Positions 36,601-46,700 of a stretch of 64,000 bases of DNA are shown in pieces; the first letter of the stretch is position 1, and each line of letters begins with the position of its first letter. Source of the stretch: Azolla caroliniana (taxonomy: Eukaryota; Plantae; Polypodiophyta); the NCBI GenBank assembly GCA_043228905.1, contig JBHGNT010000005.1:15314001-15378000 (forward strand), given 5' to 3'. The notes under the pieces were generated by a model that saw only the letters and a list, made by a program, of their open reading frames with translations, did not search any database and had not been told where the DNA came from. Made by a program: the position numbers and the translations under genes.

Positions 36601-37213
36601 GTTGAACGGTGGACTCCTCTTTGGTGGTGCTGGAGGGTTGTACTGATATTGCAAAGAGAAACATTTCCTCCTTGCGCCCTTCCTCACGCAACTGACGTAG
36701 CGAAATGGTTGCAACCTTCTGGGTAGATCCTTGGGTTTGTCGCAACCGGATTTCCCTTGTCCTCCAATCTATGTCTGGGTCATGTAACTCGAACCATGGT
36801 AATCCTAAAACTATGGGATGTTCTGGAATACTAATAATATTAAATGATACTACACATGTTAAGTTATCTAGGACAATATTAACGGGTTCCGACTCTTCTA
36901 TGATATTACCAGAAGCAATGGGACGACCATCAATGACTACTACTGAGGCTGGACATGGGAGCTTTCTTAGAGATATCTGATGAGCTCGGGCAAAATTCCT
37001 ATCCATGAAGCAAGAATTAGCTCCGGAATCTAGAAGGGCTAAGGTATGTACTGGAGGGGTACTTTTAGTACTAACTGCTACTTGGACTACGAACACATCA
37101 CTAACTTGCTTAGAGGGAATGGAACCACTAATGGGCTGCACAGATCTAGGGCTGTCCAACCAAACGGCTCCTATTTTGGCTGGACTTAGTCGTTTAACTC
37201 TTCTTCTAATTGG
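33602..37213 (-). CDS. pol: Pol of B (PR-RT-RH-INT-chromodomain)
   Basis: 1185-aa ORF in the track with only 3 aa differences from A pol; frame open to 37213. Confidence 0.95.
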   Translation of the reverse strand, partial: PIRRRVKRLSPAKIGAVWLDSPRSVQPISGSIPSKQVSDVFVVQVAVSTKSTPPVHTLALLDSGANSCFMDRNFARAHQISLRKLPCPASVVVIDGRPIASGNIIEESEPVNIVLDNLTCVVSFNIISIPEHPIVLGLPWFELHDPDIDWRTREIRLRQTQGSTQKVATISLRQLREEGRKEEMFLFAISVQPSSTTKEESTVQLPEKYRQYADVFDKVQANTLPHHRPYDCAIDLQPGKEPPWGPIYNLSPTELEVLRAYIEENLENGFIRHSKSPAGAPIFFVKKKDGSLRLVVDYRGLNKVTVRNRYALPLISSLLERINGARFFTKIDLRGAYNLVRIRPGDEWKTAFRTRYGHFEYTVMPFGLTNAPTVFQHMANDIFRDLLDDFLIIYLDDLLVYSKTQEEHDSHVLLVLKRLREHGLYAKLEKCSFGCNQVEFLGYVISSEGISMDPAKVKTVIEWHTPRSVRDVQCFLGFANFYRKFIQNYSKIVLPLTQLTRKGQSFIWSKETDMAFESLKKAFTSAPILGHVDPEKPFIIEADASDFALGSILSQQGNDEKLHPVAFHSRKFDAAEINYEIHDKELLAIVDSFMQWRHFLEGSPHQVTVFSDHKNLAYFQDARVLNRRQARWAHFLTRFDFKITYRPGKHQGKADALSRRSYLTPRPGEPAFDNQKQVILGPARLQAAQIFDMPVDSDITNTIREDLKTDAFAQAILAQIDPSRASCSQSQSPGTDYRQFKYCDGLLFFKELLYVPNGSCRLRVVQNCHDTYTAGHFGSTKTLDLVQRSFWWPRMRQFVEDFVRTCDTCCRAKMPRHHPYGLLEPLPIPSKPWQSIALDFITDLPVSKGFSAILTVVDRYTKMAHFLPCTKEISSEDTAEIVMREVCRHHGLPDNIISDRGPQFVSKFWKHLFKMLKVTCNLSSGYHPQTDGQAERTNQTLEQYLRCFLNYHQNDWADILPFAEFAYNNAIHASTKVTPFYAYTGYHPRWCVLETPEVSTNPYAEDRLERLRKIQADLSTQLQQAQQSHKDYADRHRLPSSFTIGDRVWLLRRHIKTTRPCEKLDYRRLGPFRIIGKINDVAFRLELPPQLRIHPVFHSSLLEPYHESTIPGRTIQPPPPIELEDGPEYEVAAILDSKIVRNKLYYLVDWLGYSPSERTWEPIENVTNARALLEDFHRRYPEKPGPQSKTTRETRRFKGGIVS

Positions 37214-38355
37214 CTAAGGACATCAAATTTGTTTGCGAGATTCGGACTATTAGTACTATTAGGACTATTATGACTATGAGGATTATCAGAGATTCCTACT
37301 GACATAGACTCGGGTTTAGTATAGTCAGAACTAACAATGACTTGGTTTACCTGCCTTCTTGGTCTATGGGGACAGTTTATCGCGATATGCCCTGGTCCAC
37401 CGCAATAAAGGCATAATCGGTTTGTTCGGCGTCGTTGCTTTTCCTCCTCCGATAGCGGCCCACGACGACGTGTAGTGTCAATTTCCATTGGAGTTGGAGT
37501 ACTTACTGGAGGCGCATTATGTGACTCCCTTTGAAAAGGTTTCGCTACCATTGAGGCATAGGTAGGCTCGGATCTTGCCCTCGGCATCTGAAATTGTCGT
37601 TCCGAACGTCGCTCGAAGAGGCGGTTGTCACATCTGACCGCTCGACTGATTGCTTCTGTTAATGATTTTGGCTCTTCAGGGAAAGTCAAGAGTAAATCCT
37701 TGACATCGTTGCGTAGACCATAGCGGAACTGCTCCATCAATGCTTGATCATCCCAGGGGATATCGGCGGCGAGTAGGCGGAAATCTGCAGCATATGCGGA
37801 GGCTGGACGGTCACCTTGGCGTAATCGCCGGATTTTGTTGATTGCAGTCCTTATGCTGTCAGTATCTCCAAAACATGCTTTAAACTCACTTATGAATTCT
37901 TCAAAATTATTTAGTACTGGAGATTCCTTTTCTAGTAGCGGTGCGAACCATGCTAATGCTGAGCCAGTTAACAACGTGCCTACTAAACCCACTCGTGATG
38001 CATCGGTGGGATATCGGGACGGATGCATTTGAATAACTAACCGTACCTGGTTAAGAAACCCTCTAAACTGCGATCGCGTTCCATCGAACTTCGTGGGAAG
38101 GCCAATCTTGGGTTCTTTATGAATCCCTTGTGCTCCGTGCCCTTGTTGTTGCATTGCTACGATGGTTGCTTCGAGTTGTTGCACGCGTAACGCAAGTTCC
38201 CCATGCTGTTGTTGCGTTTGCTGCTTTTCTAAGGAAATTTGCTGAAGATCCCCCAACAAGCGTTGATTTTCTTGTTCCAAAGCATGAAACTTCTCTTTCA
38301 AGCATTGAAATTCCGAGAAAACGGATTGATACTCTTCAGCGCTAACGGTGGCCAT
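37186..38355 (-). CDS. gag: Gag of B (389 aa; N-terminal coiled coil, capsid, CCHC)
   Basis: ATG in context CCCATGG; KFDGTRSQFRGFL capsid motif; zinc knuckle. Confidence 0.95.
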   Translation of the reverse strand: MATVSAEEYQSVFSEFQCLKEKFHALEQENQRLLGDLQQISLEKQQTQQQHGELALRVQQLEATIVAMQQQGHGAQGIHKEPKIGLPTKFDGTRSQFRGFLNQVRLVIQMHPSRYPTDASRVGLVGTLLTGSALAWFAPLLEKESPVLNNFEEFISEFKACFGDTDSIRTAINKIRRLRQGDRPASAYAADFRLLAADIPWDDQALMEQFRYGLRNDVKDLLLTFPEEPKSLTEAISRAVRCDNRLFERRSERQFQMPRARSEPTYASMVAKPFQRESHNAPPVSTPTPMEIDTTRRRGPLSEEEKQRRRTNRLCLYCGGPGHIAINCPHRPRRQVNQVIVSSDYTKPESMSVGISDNPHSHNSPNSTNSPNLANKFDVLSQLEEELND

Positions 38356-38432
38356 GGGATGAAGGAAAAGGGAAATAAGAGACTAGTAGGAAAGGAGAGA
38401 GACAGAAGGAAGAGGGAGACTAGTAGGAGGGG

Positions 38433-38444
38433 AAATCGGTTCAA
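38433..38444 (-). promoter_or_regulatory. Non-tRNA primer-binding site complementary to the LTR (putative self-priming)
   Basis: TTGAACCGATTT lies 2 nt after the 5' LTR and is the reverse complement of LTR sequence AAATCGGTTCAA (38679-38690). Confidence 0.75.
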
Positions 38445-41400
38445 ACTGTCAGGAACTCTATTAAGGCAGAGAAGGAATTAGTACTAAAAGAAGGATTAGT
38501 ACTATTGTTGGGGAATAGTACTAAGACAGAGAAGGATTAGTACTATGAGAGGTGTCGAACTTTGAGAGAAGGAATGAGTGAGTGAGAGAGAGAGAGAGAG
38601 AGAGAATGATGATGCGAAAGATATATGTATTATATGACGGAAGATATACAACAGTAGTTAGAAGGCTTAAGACTGGCGTTGAACCGATTTGGTTCGAACT
38701 AATGCCTTGCGCCTCCTTTTATAGTGTCTTCAGGAATACTCCTGAAGTTTCTAGAATGTTCCAGAGAAATCTGGAATAATCTGGAATATACATCAATTTC
38801 CTAATAAAACCTAAATGAAAATAATATCCTTCAAATTACAACTCATAACCTAATGGTAAAGTCTCGACCCGTGTAACAAAAGGTTATGGGTTCGAGTCTA
38901 GTTATGACAGGTGATGAGCATCAACTCTTCTTCACTTGCCGCGATTGCTGTCGTTCCCTTCCGGTCCGTCCCCTTCCGGTCTTTACCGTTCCGGTCTGGG
39001 GTTTGCTTCGAATCGGTACCGTCGGTTTCTTTGTCTTTACGGAAATGCCGACAGTTCTTTTGGAAGTGTCCCGGCTTGCCGCAATAGAAGCAAGTAGGCC
39101 TCCCCCTTGACTTTGACCGTGTCCCCGACTTCTCCCGGTTCTGGAGACTACGGTTTCTATGTCTTCCGCGTTCCGATTCAGTAAGAAGCGCTTTGGAGTC
39201 GGAGCTCGTATCTTTGTCTTTCCAACGCGCCTCCTCATCTAGCAAGCTCGACTTTACTCTTGCTAGGGATAACCGTTTTCCTTCCGGCCCGGCGTTGCCC
39301 AAAGTGACAACCAACGTCTCCCAACTATCCGGGAGGGAACCGAGCAGGAGTAGCGCTAATACCTCATCGGCAAGAGGTACTTCCAATGACGTTGCCTGGT
39401 GTATCAGCCCCTGGAAGGCATTCATATGCTCCGCCATGCTGGAGCCATCTTGGTACCGGAGTCTTACTAGCTTCCGGAATACCGAAACCTGATTAACAGC
39501 ATTTTTGTTTTGGAACATTATGCCGATCTTCTCCCAGAGCTCATGAGCCTTGCTCTCTTCATTGAAGTTGTTGTATAGGCTCATGTCGATGAAGCACCGT
39601 ATGTACGCCGTTGTCTTCATGTGCATCACCTCCCATATCGCGGCGTCGATTTTGTCCGGTCTCTTGTCCCCGAACTGAACCGGCAGCCAGAGGTCTTTAA
39701 CAACGAGCATGTCCCTCATCTTCGACTTCCATACTGAATAGTTGGAGCCGGTGAGCTTGAACATGCCGCCAAATGATTCGTCCATTTTTTGTGTCAACCT
39801 CGCTCTGATACCACTTGACGGGAACCCAACGCCCCTTATGCACAAAGCTCGGCCGCAACCGAGATTCTTTTCATACACACAAAACAGGAAACGAAATGCA
39901 CGCGACACAAAGGAGAGAAAAGGGTACACAGAATGTTTACGTGGAAAACCCCAAACTAGGGGAAAAAACCATGGCAGCCCACAGGCTGCAAACTGTCACT
40001 ATGTAGGAATATACAACAGTGAGTTCACTGAGGCACCGACCTCGTGCTCACAAATCTTCGCCACAGGCGGCGGTTACAACAGAGGCAACGACCTCGTCTC
40101 TCTCTCTCTCTCTGTACAGTTACGCACTCTCTCTTCTTCTTGCACCAACAAGGAAGAATGACAACTACAACAACAGTTACTAAAAGTTTTCCCTAAGTCA
40201 TATTTATACTAATATGACTTTTCGGCTATTTACAAATATAGCCACAATGGGCTCTCAGAAACATATTTACGAATATGTCTCTTCCTCCGGTTCATACCGG
40301 GTCTGCACCATCCGGCTCTCCGTAACCAGGTACTCCTCATCCGGTCTTCACCGGGTCTGTATCATCCGGCTCTCCGTGGCCGGGTACTCCTCATCCGGTT
40401 CATACCGGGTCTGCACCATCCGGCTCTCCGTAACCGGGTACTCCTCATCCAGTCTTCACCGGGTCTGTATCATCCGGCTCTCCGTAACCGGGTACTCCTC
40501 ATCCGGTCTTCACCGGGTCTGTATCATCCGGCTCTCCGTGGCCGGGTACTCCTCATCCGGAGGGACCCGTCTCCCAACAAGACCTTGTTGATGCTTCGAA
40601 GGGTTTAAAGCCGATTGGATGCAGGTGGTTGGACAAGGTCAAGTACAACACCGACAGCTCTATCAACTACTACAAGGCCTGGTTAGTGGCGAAGATACGC
40701 ACAACAACACGTCATCGACTACGATGAGACCTTTGTGCATGTCGCGAAGATGACAATAGTCTATGTTCTAGTTGTGGTTGCCACGGCAAAGGAGTGCCAT
40801 TTACATCAGACGGATGTAAAGAATGTGTTCCTGCAAGGGGAACTTGAGGAACAGGTGTACATGGTACAACCCCTCGGTTTTTAGTCCGGAGAGAACACCT
40901 TGGCGGTATGCCGACTAAAGAAGTCCCTCTACGGACTAAAGCACGCCCTGCGCGCGTGGAACGTGAAGATCATGTAGCGCTTGCGTCGGATGGGGTTTGC
41001 GACATCCAAATCGAACTCTTCATTGTTCGTCCGGCAAGGTTGACATGGACCGGTTAATATTTTACTTTATATTGATAATTTAGTCATCACCGGCACTGAC
41101 CTAGATGAAATTGACCGTGTAAAGTCCTAGCTCGTGGCATCATTCAACATGAAGGACCTAGGAGACCATCATTACTTCTTAGGGATCGAAGTGATCCGCA
41201 CCCCCGAAGGCATACTGATCAGCCAACGACATTACCTACTGAGTATGCTCTTCAAGTTCAGGATGGCAGATTGTAAGTCCATCTCAACTCCTCTGGACAG
41301 AAACGTCAAGCTTCGCCGAGATTCAGGAAAAGCGTGTGACCCAACACGATTCCGACAAATTGTTGGAAGCCTAATTTATTTGACGATCACTCAGCCGGAT

Positions 41401-42065
41401 ATCAGCTACCTGTTCAACCTGATCAGTCAATTTATGTTGTAGCCCACGGCTGAACAGCTTCAGTGCGCGCAAAGGATATTGCACTACATTCACGACACTA
41501 AGGATAGGGCGTTGCTATATCGGGCAAGAGTAGTTGAGCGATTAGTCGGTTACACAGATGCCAATTGGGCCGGAAATGCCCGTGATCGCAAATCAACATC
41601 TACATATGCATTTTCATTGGGAAGTGTCGCGATCGCATGGTGTAGTAAAAAGCAGCCGACAGCGGCACTGTCAAGCACGGAGGCCGAGTATCGAGGAGCG
41701 GCTATCGCTACGTGTGAAGTCATCTCGCACAAGAGGCTACTCAAGGATCTGCATGTGGAGGTGTCCGATCCGACGACGATCTATTGCGACAACCTTAGCA
41801 ACATCCAACTTGCGAAGAACCCCGTTTTCCACACCCAGACTAAACACATTGAGGTGCACTACCATTTTGTCCGCGAGTGTGTCCTCTCCGGTGAAGTCGA
41901 ACAAGTATATGTTCTGACGGATCAGCAGCCTACTGATGTCTTCACCACGCCCCTTGTTCTCGACAAGTTGCGGCAATTCTCGGGTGCGCTTGGTTTGCGG
42001 CAACTCGACGTCCCGAACTTGAGGGGGAGAAAAGACCAGGAAAGGGAGCAAGAAAGGAGCAGAAA

Positions 42066-42661
42066 TGTTAGGATTTCGGTCCCTCCGGATGGGATATGAG
42101 TACCCAGCAACGGAAGACCCGTTGAGAACCAGATGATGAGTACCTGGTGAGAACCGGATGATGCAGGCCCGGTGAGAACCTCTCACCGAATGAAGGGAGC
42201 CCACTGGGGCTATATTTGTAAATAGCCCGAAAGTCATATTAGTATAAATATGACCTGGGGCAAACTCTTGTGTGTGTATCATTGTGTAGTCATTATTTTG
42301 TATAGAGTTATTGGTGTAAGTGTTGTACAAAGCGTTGCAGAAGAAAAGAGAGAGAAAGAGAGAGAGAGAGACACACACACACACACTGTGTGTGTCTCTG
42401 TTGTAACCGCCGCTAGGCAAAGATTGAGAGCAAGAGGTCGTGGCCTCTGTGTTCATCTGTTGTATTCCTCTCTACATAGTGATAGTTGGAGTTTGGGGAC
42501 TCCCATGGTTTTTCCCGTTTTAGGGTTTTCCACATTAACATCCTGTGCATTCTCTTCTGTCTATGTACCTACTTCCATTTCTTATCTTTCTGTGTTTGAT
42601 TATCATTGAAGTTATCTAAGTCTCGATTGTGGCCGAAGATTATTCCGCATAGTTCCTGTGA
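42066..42661 (+). repeat. Solo LTR of a D-related Copia inserted in the 3' region of E
   Basis: Similar to the D LTR; flanked by AGAAA/GGAAA. Confidence 0.7.
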
Positions 42662-43559
42662 GGAAATGACTGTGAAGCCGAGTCGGATGAAGAATTCGAT
42701 TTAGGGTCGGCTGAAGAAGACAAAGGCGGAAACAAGGGCAACAACCAAAGGGAAGAGCCAGAGTCAGTTGAACAAGGGGGAGATGAAGCCAAGAAGGCCA
42801 AGAAGGCCAAGAAGGCCAAGACCAAGACATGGTCTTATGTTATTAAGGACCTGAAAATAGAAGACGAATTAGAGACAGCCAATTCGACTTGAAACGAATC
42901 GGACACAACCGATTCAGAGACGCCAAATCAACTGAAGGCCACACGGAGGAAAGGGCAACGGAAGAGGCGCCAACACCGTGACAGCAAGGGAGCTGAGAAA
43001 GGCCGCATGAACAGACAAGACGGGTGAAAGGGTCGAGGCGTACGGAATCGAACGGGTCGAGGAGCGCAAGTGAGGCGTGAAGCTAGGAGAAGCGGGAACA
43101 AAGATCCAAAAGAGCAGGCAGAACCTCAAGTTGAGCTTGAGGGGGAGTGTTGATATACAAGCTCAACATTGGGTGCGTAAACCGGGTGCGCAACGAGAGA
43201 CCATAGCGGTGCATAAACTGGGAGGCCGTTGGATAGATATTCCGCGAAGGAATATATTTTGGGAGTTAGTGTAGGGGCTCATTGATGAGCATTGAAGTAC
43301 GATTCAGTAGTTCTGTCAGTCCGTATGGACTTGTATAAAAGTGCTCTCTGAGCACATCCTATGTACAGAGTTTTAGAGTATTGTTTTGGAATAGAGTTTT
43401 ATGTGTCCTCCTCTCTCTATCTCTCCGGCGTACGTTGTGTTGATTAAGCTTTCCATTAAACCTTCCTTATCTCACTAGTCTCTTTGTCTTTTGTATGTTG
43501 TTACCCGGTTGTGTTTGTTAAGCTTTCGCACGTTTTCTTTTACACCATCAAAACGTACC

Positions 43560-43751
43560 TATCCGACAAAGGGATCCGGCACCAAAAGACCGTTCCATAC
43601 ACACTCATGCAAAATGGAGTGGCTAAACGAATAAACCGAATGATCTAGGAGAGGGTGACGGAAATGCTCTAGCAATTCAAACAAAAGTTGGAGTTCTCGG
43701 CCGAAGCGTTGCAGACGGTAGTCTACTTGATAAATCTATCACTGTTGAAAG
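43560..43751 (+). pseudogene. Older Copia integrase fragment
   Basis: KGIRHQKTVPYTLMQNGVAKRINR...AEALQTVVYLIN. Confidence 0.7.
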
Positions 43752-46700
43752 TGTTGAGCGGACAAGCTCAACCAGATCCGGCTCGGGTAAATAAGCCAGA
43801 ACCAGATCGGCATCCGGAACAGAGAACTGGATAGGTATCCAGATCGATATCCGGAACCAAGAGCCGAATCGGAGAGACAGATCGGATTATAACCGGTAGG
43901 CCGTTAGAGACCTACAACCTCAGCCTAGTACATAGGCATATTCCTTGGAGTTAGTGTCAGTCACTCATATGAGCATTGAAGTACTTGTCAGTCCTTTTAA
44001 GGACTTGTATAAAAAGTGTTCTGTAGGACGTTTGTATGTACAGAGTGTTATTATTTTGAATTGAGTTTATGCTATTCTGTTCTCTCTGTCTCTCTTGTGT
44101 ATTCTCTATTTTGAAGCTTCCATTAAACCTGTGCTTACTCTCTGTTGCTATTCGGTGAAGCCAGTTTCGTCTATAACCTTCCGCATGCTACTCTTTTCAT
44201 CGTACCAGAGCACGAGGGTTGAGAACCTCTGCTGCCGACAACTACTCAAAAGAGACAAACCCTAATCACTAGTAAAGAACAAAAGGAAGATAAGGACATA
44301 AGCATAGTGAGCTCGCTTCCTACAAAAAAGCTCGACCGGATCAACTATGCGTCCTGGTCATATAAAATACACGATTACTTGTTGGGGCACAGATACTGGA
44401 GCTACATGGCAGGAGCAAATAAAACAGTGTTGGATTCGACACACAAGGATTTCTCGGCATGGGATCAAGGAGCGAGCAGAGCAGTGTACTGCCTCGTGTC
44501 CTATGTGCACAACCAGATGCTTGGCTACATCAGAGACACAAAATCACCGAAGAAGGCTTGGGAAAATATCCGGAAAATTTTCGCCGCAAATACCACAGCT
44601 CGGAAGTTGCAGCTCTAGCAAGAGCTCAATAGTATCCGGCAACAGGACATGTCGGTCACCGACTACACCACCAAGATCAAGGAGATCTGTGACGCGCTCG
44701 GGTCCATCAATGTGATGGTGGACGAAGAAGAGATGGTCCAGACCTGCCTCGATGGTCTAGCACACCAGTAGGAGCAAATCTGGACAGCAATTTGCATCCG
44801 AGAGAAAACATTATCCTTCTTCGACCTGCAATCGATGCTCATGGTCGAAGAAAACCACACAAGTGGGTCAAGGACCACTCAATCGGATAGCCAGATGCTA
44901 TACACGGAGGCGGATTGGCCCCGTGGGCATAGAGGACGAGGTGGGTCGGCACGCAATAGCAGCAGCCGGCAAGAGCAAAACCGGAGGCTCGGAGATAGTG
45001 CCGACAGCAGTTCCGAACCCTCCACAAGTAGGGGAGTCATAGCGGTGCCAGAAACCGGGAAGGGAAAGCCGAAACGGAATGTTGGTATTGTGGAAATAAA
45101 GGTCACTGAGTGAGTGAGTTCTGGAATAAGCATGCCGATTTGGATAAATCTGGATCCGGTAAAGCCGAACAAGGGAACTGGCAAAGCTCACACTATGCCG
45201 AAGGATCAAAAGGATCTGGAACTAGAGAGACCGGAAAAGGGCCAACCTTCGTGATGAAGCATAAGGCGAACTCAATGAAGAAGATCACTTTGGGTTGGAG
45301 GAAGTGTGGTATGTTGACTCCGGAGCGCCTAACCACATGACGAGCCACAGAGAGTGGTTGTCATATCTGGAAAAAACTGAGCAACCAAGAGTTGTCGAAA
45401 CCGGAGACGACAATGCTCACCCGATAGTGCATTTCGAAGAAGTTCCCTTGAGTCATGTCGGACAACAAGGGAAGCTTATGAACGTGGTTCATTAAGGAAG
45501 AGGGTCGGATCATCACGCAAGGGCTCCGGGATGGGAGGATGTTCATCCTCGACACCAACGATGTAGGCACCGGATTGCCGAAATTTAGTGGCCGGAAGGC
45601 CCAAATTTGTGAAGCCTGCCAGCTCGGAAATCAACACCAACTTCCGTTCCACAACAAAAGTAACCGGAGCCGTAACAAGCTCGACTTCATACATTCAGAT
45701 GTATTGGGACCGGCATAGAATGTTAGTCTTGGTGGGAGCCGATATTTTGTCTCCTTCATCGATGACTACAACCGGCACACGTGGACCTATCTCATCGAGA
45801 AGAAAAGCGAAGTCTTTGACTGTTTCCAGAATCTGCAAAGTCTTGTTGAACAGGAAACGGAGAGGAAGATCAAGTGCCTGCGGTCAAATGGTGGAACAGA
45901 ATACTTTTCCAATCAATTCAACAATTATCTGCAACAAAAGGGAATTCGGAGAGAATTCAGTTGCAGATACACACCGGAACAAAATGGTGTGCCAGAAAGG
46001 AAAAACCAGTCCATTGTGTAGGCGGCATGGGCAATGTTGGAAGGGAAGAGCATGCCCAAGTTCTACTGGGCTGAAGCGGTCCGAACCGCCGTCTACATCC
46101 AAAACTGGATCGGGGATAAGGTGTCAGCACACGTGCTATATTTCGGACAGAAGCCGAATTTAAGGCACCTTAGGATATTCGGTAGCATAACCTATGTGCA
46201 TGTACTGGATTAGATGCGGAGAAAGGTGGACCCGAAGTCAGAGAAGTGCATACTAGTCGGCTACTTTCATGTGCAGAAGGGATACGAGTGCTACAACCCC
46301 CGGACAAAGACAGTCTAAGTAAGTCGAGATGTTGAGTTTGACGAATCGACATCTTGGTACTCTCCGCCGACTCCGATCCCCAATTCTAACTCGATTCCGG
46401 AAGATAAGACCAGCAAGCCCGAAACGATCCAGGGAGAAGAAGAAGAAGAATTCGATACTCTAGATGAGAGTCCGATCTCATTTCGGACGAGCTAGCCAAA
46501 TGAAGAGTTGAGTCAGAAAGACCAACAGGATGAAGAGTCGGCGAGCAGCGAAGACTCGGTCGTGCTTTCCTCGCGTAAGGAACCAAGGAGACATTTCACA
46601 CGCAAAGAGAATGTGAAGAAGAAGATGTCGGAATATGATGCCGTCAGAGACAAGTCGGATCGGAGCGAATCCATTTTTGGAAATAACGAAGACGGACCTT

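Larger units (their letters stand above)
33133..38909 (-). mobile_element. Full-length intact chromovirus Ty3/Gypsy, copy B
   Basis: LTRs 33133-33609 and 38447-38909 that differ only in (GA)n length by eye; perfect TSD GGTGA; intact gag and pol. Confidence 0.97.
20263..40579 (-). mobile_element. Ty1/Copia element D, internally deleted (no RT), interrupted by C and B
   Basis: 764-bp LTRs 20263-21026 and 39816-40579; TSD GGACC/AGACC; PBS TGGTATCAGAGC 39802-39813; PPT 21027-21040; gag 39785-38910, PR 33127-32559, INT 22337-21611, RNase H ~21525-21037. Confidence 0.93.
17985..43544 (+). mobile_element. Degenerate Ty1/Copia element E (own sequence ~17985-20262 and 40585-43544), host of D
   Basis: WYVDS protease and integrase to 20262; the RT reads ENETWD|LVD across the D insertion; RT-RNase H 40585-42030; PPT TTGAGGGGGAG and 3' LTR 43148-43544. 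Confidence 0.85.

Noticed and set aside
33133-37981. Assembly duplication of element A
   Set aside because: B has its own TSD, a private LTR duplication in both LTRs and scattered substitutions
39786-39929. N-terminal extension of the 343-aa ORF 38898-39929
   Set aside because: Runs through LTR and PBS; the Gag start is more likely MDESFGG at 39785, and the C-terminal CHN comes from the B LTR
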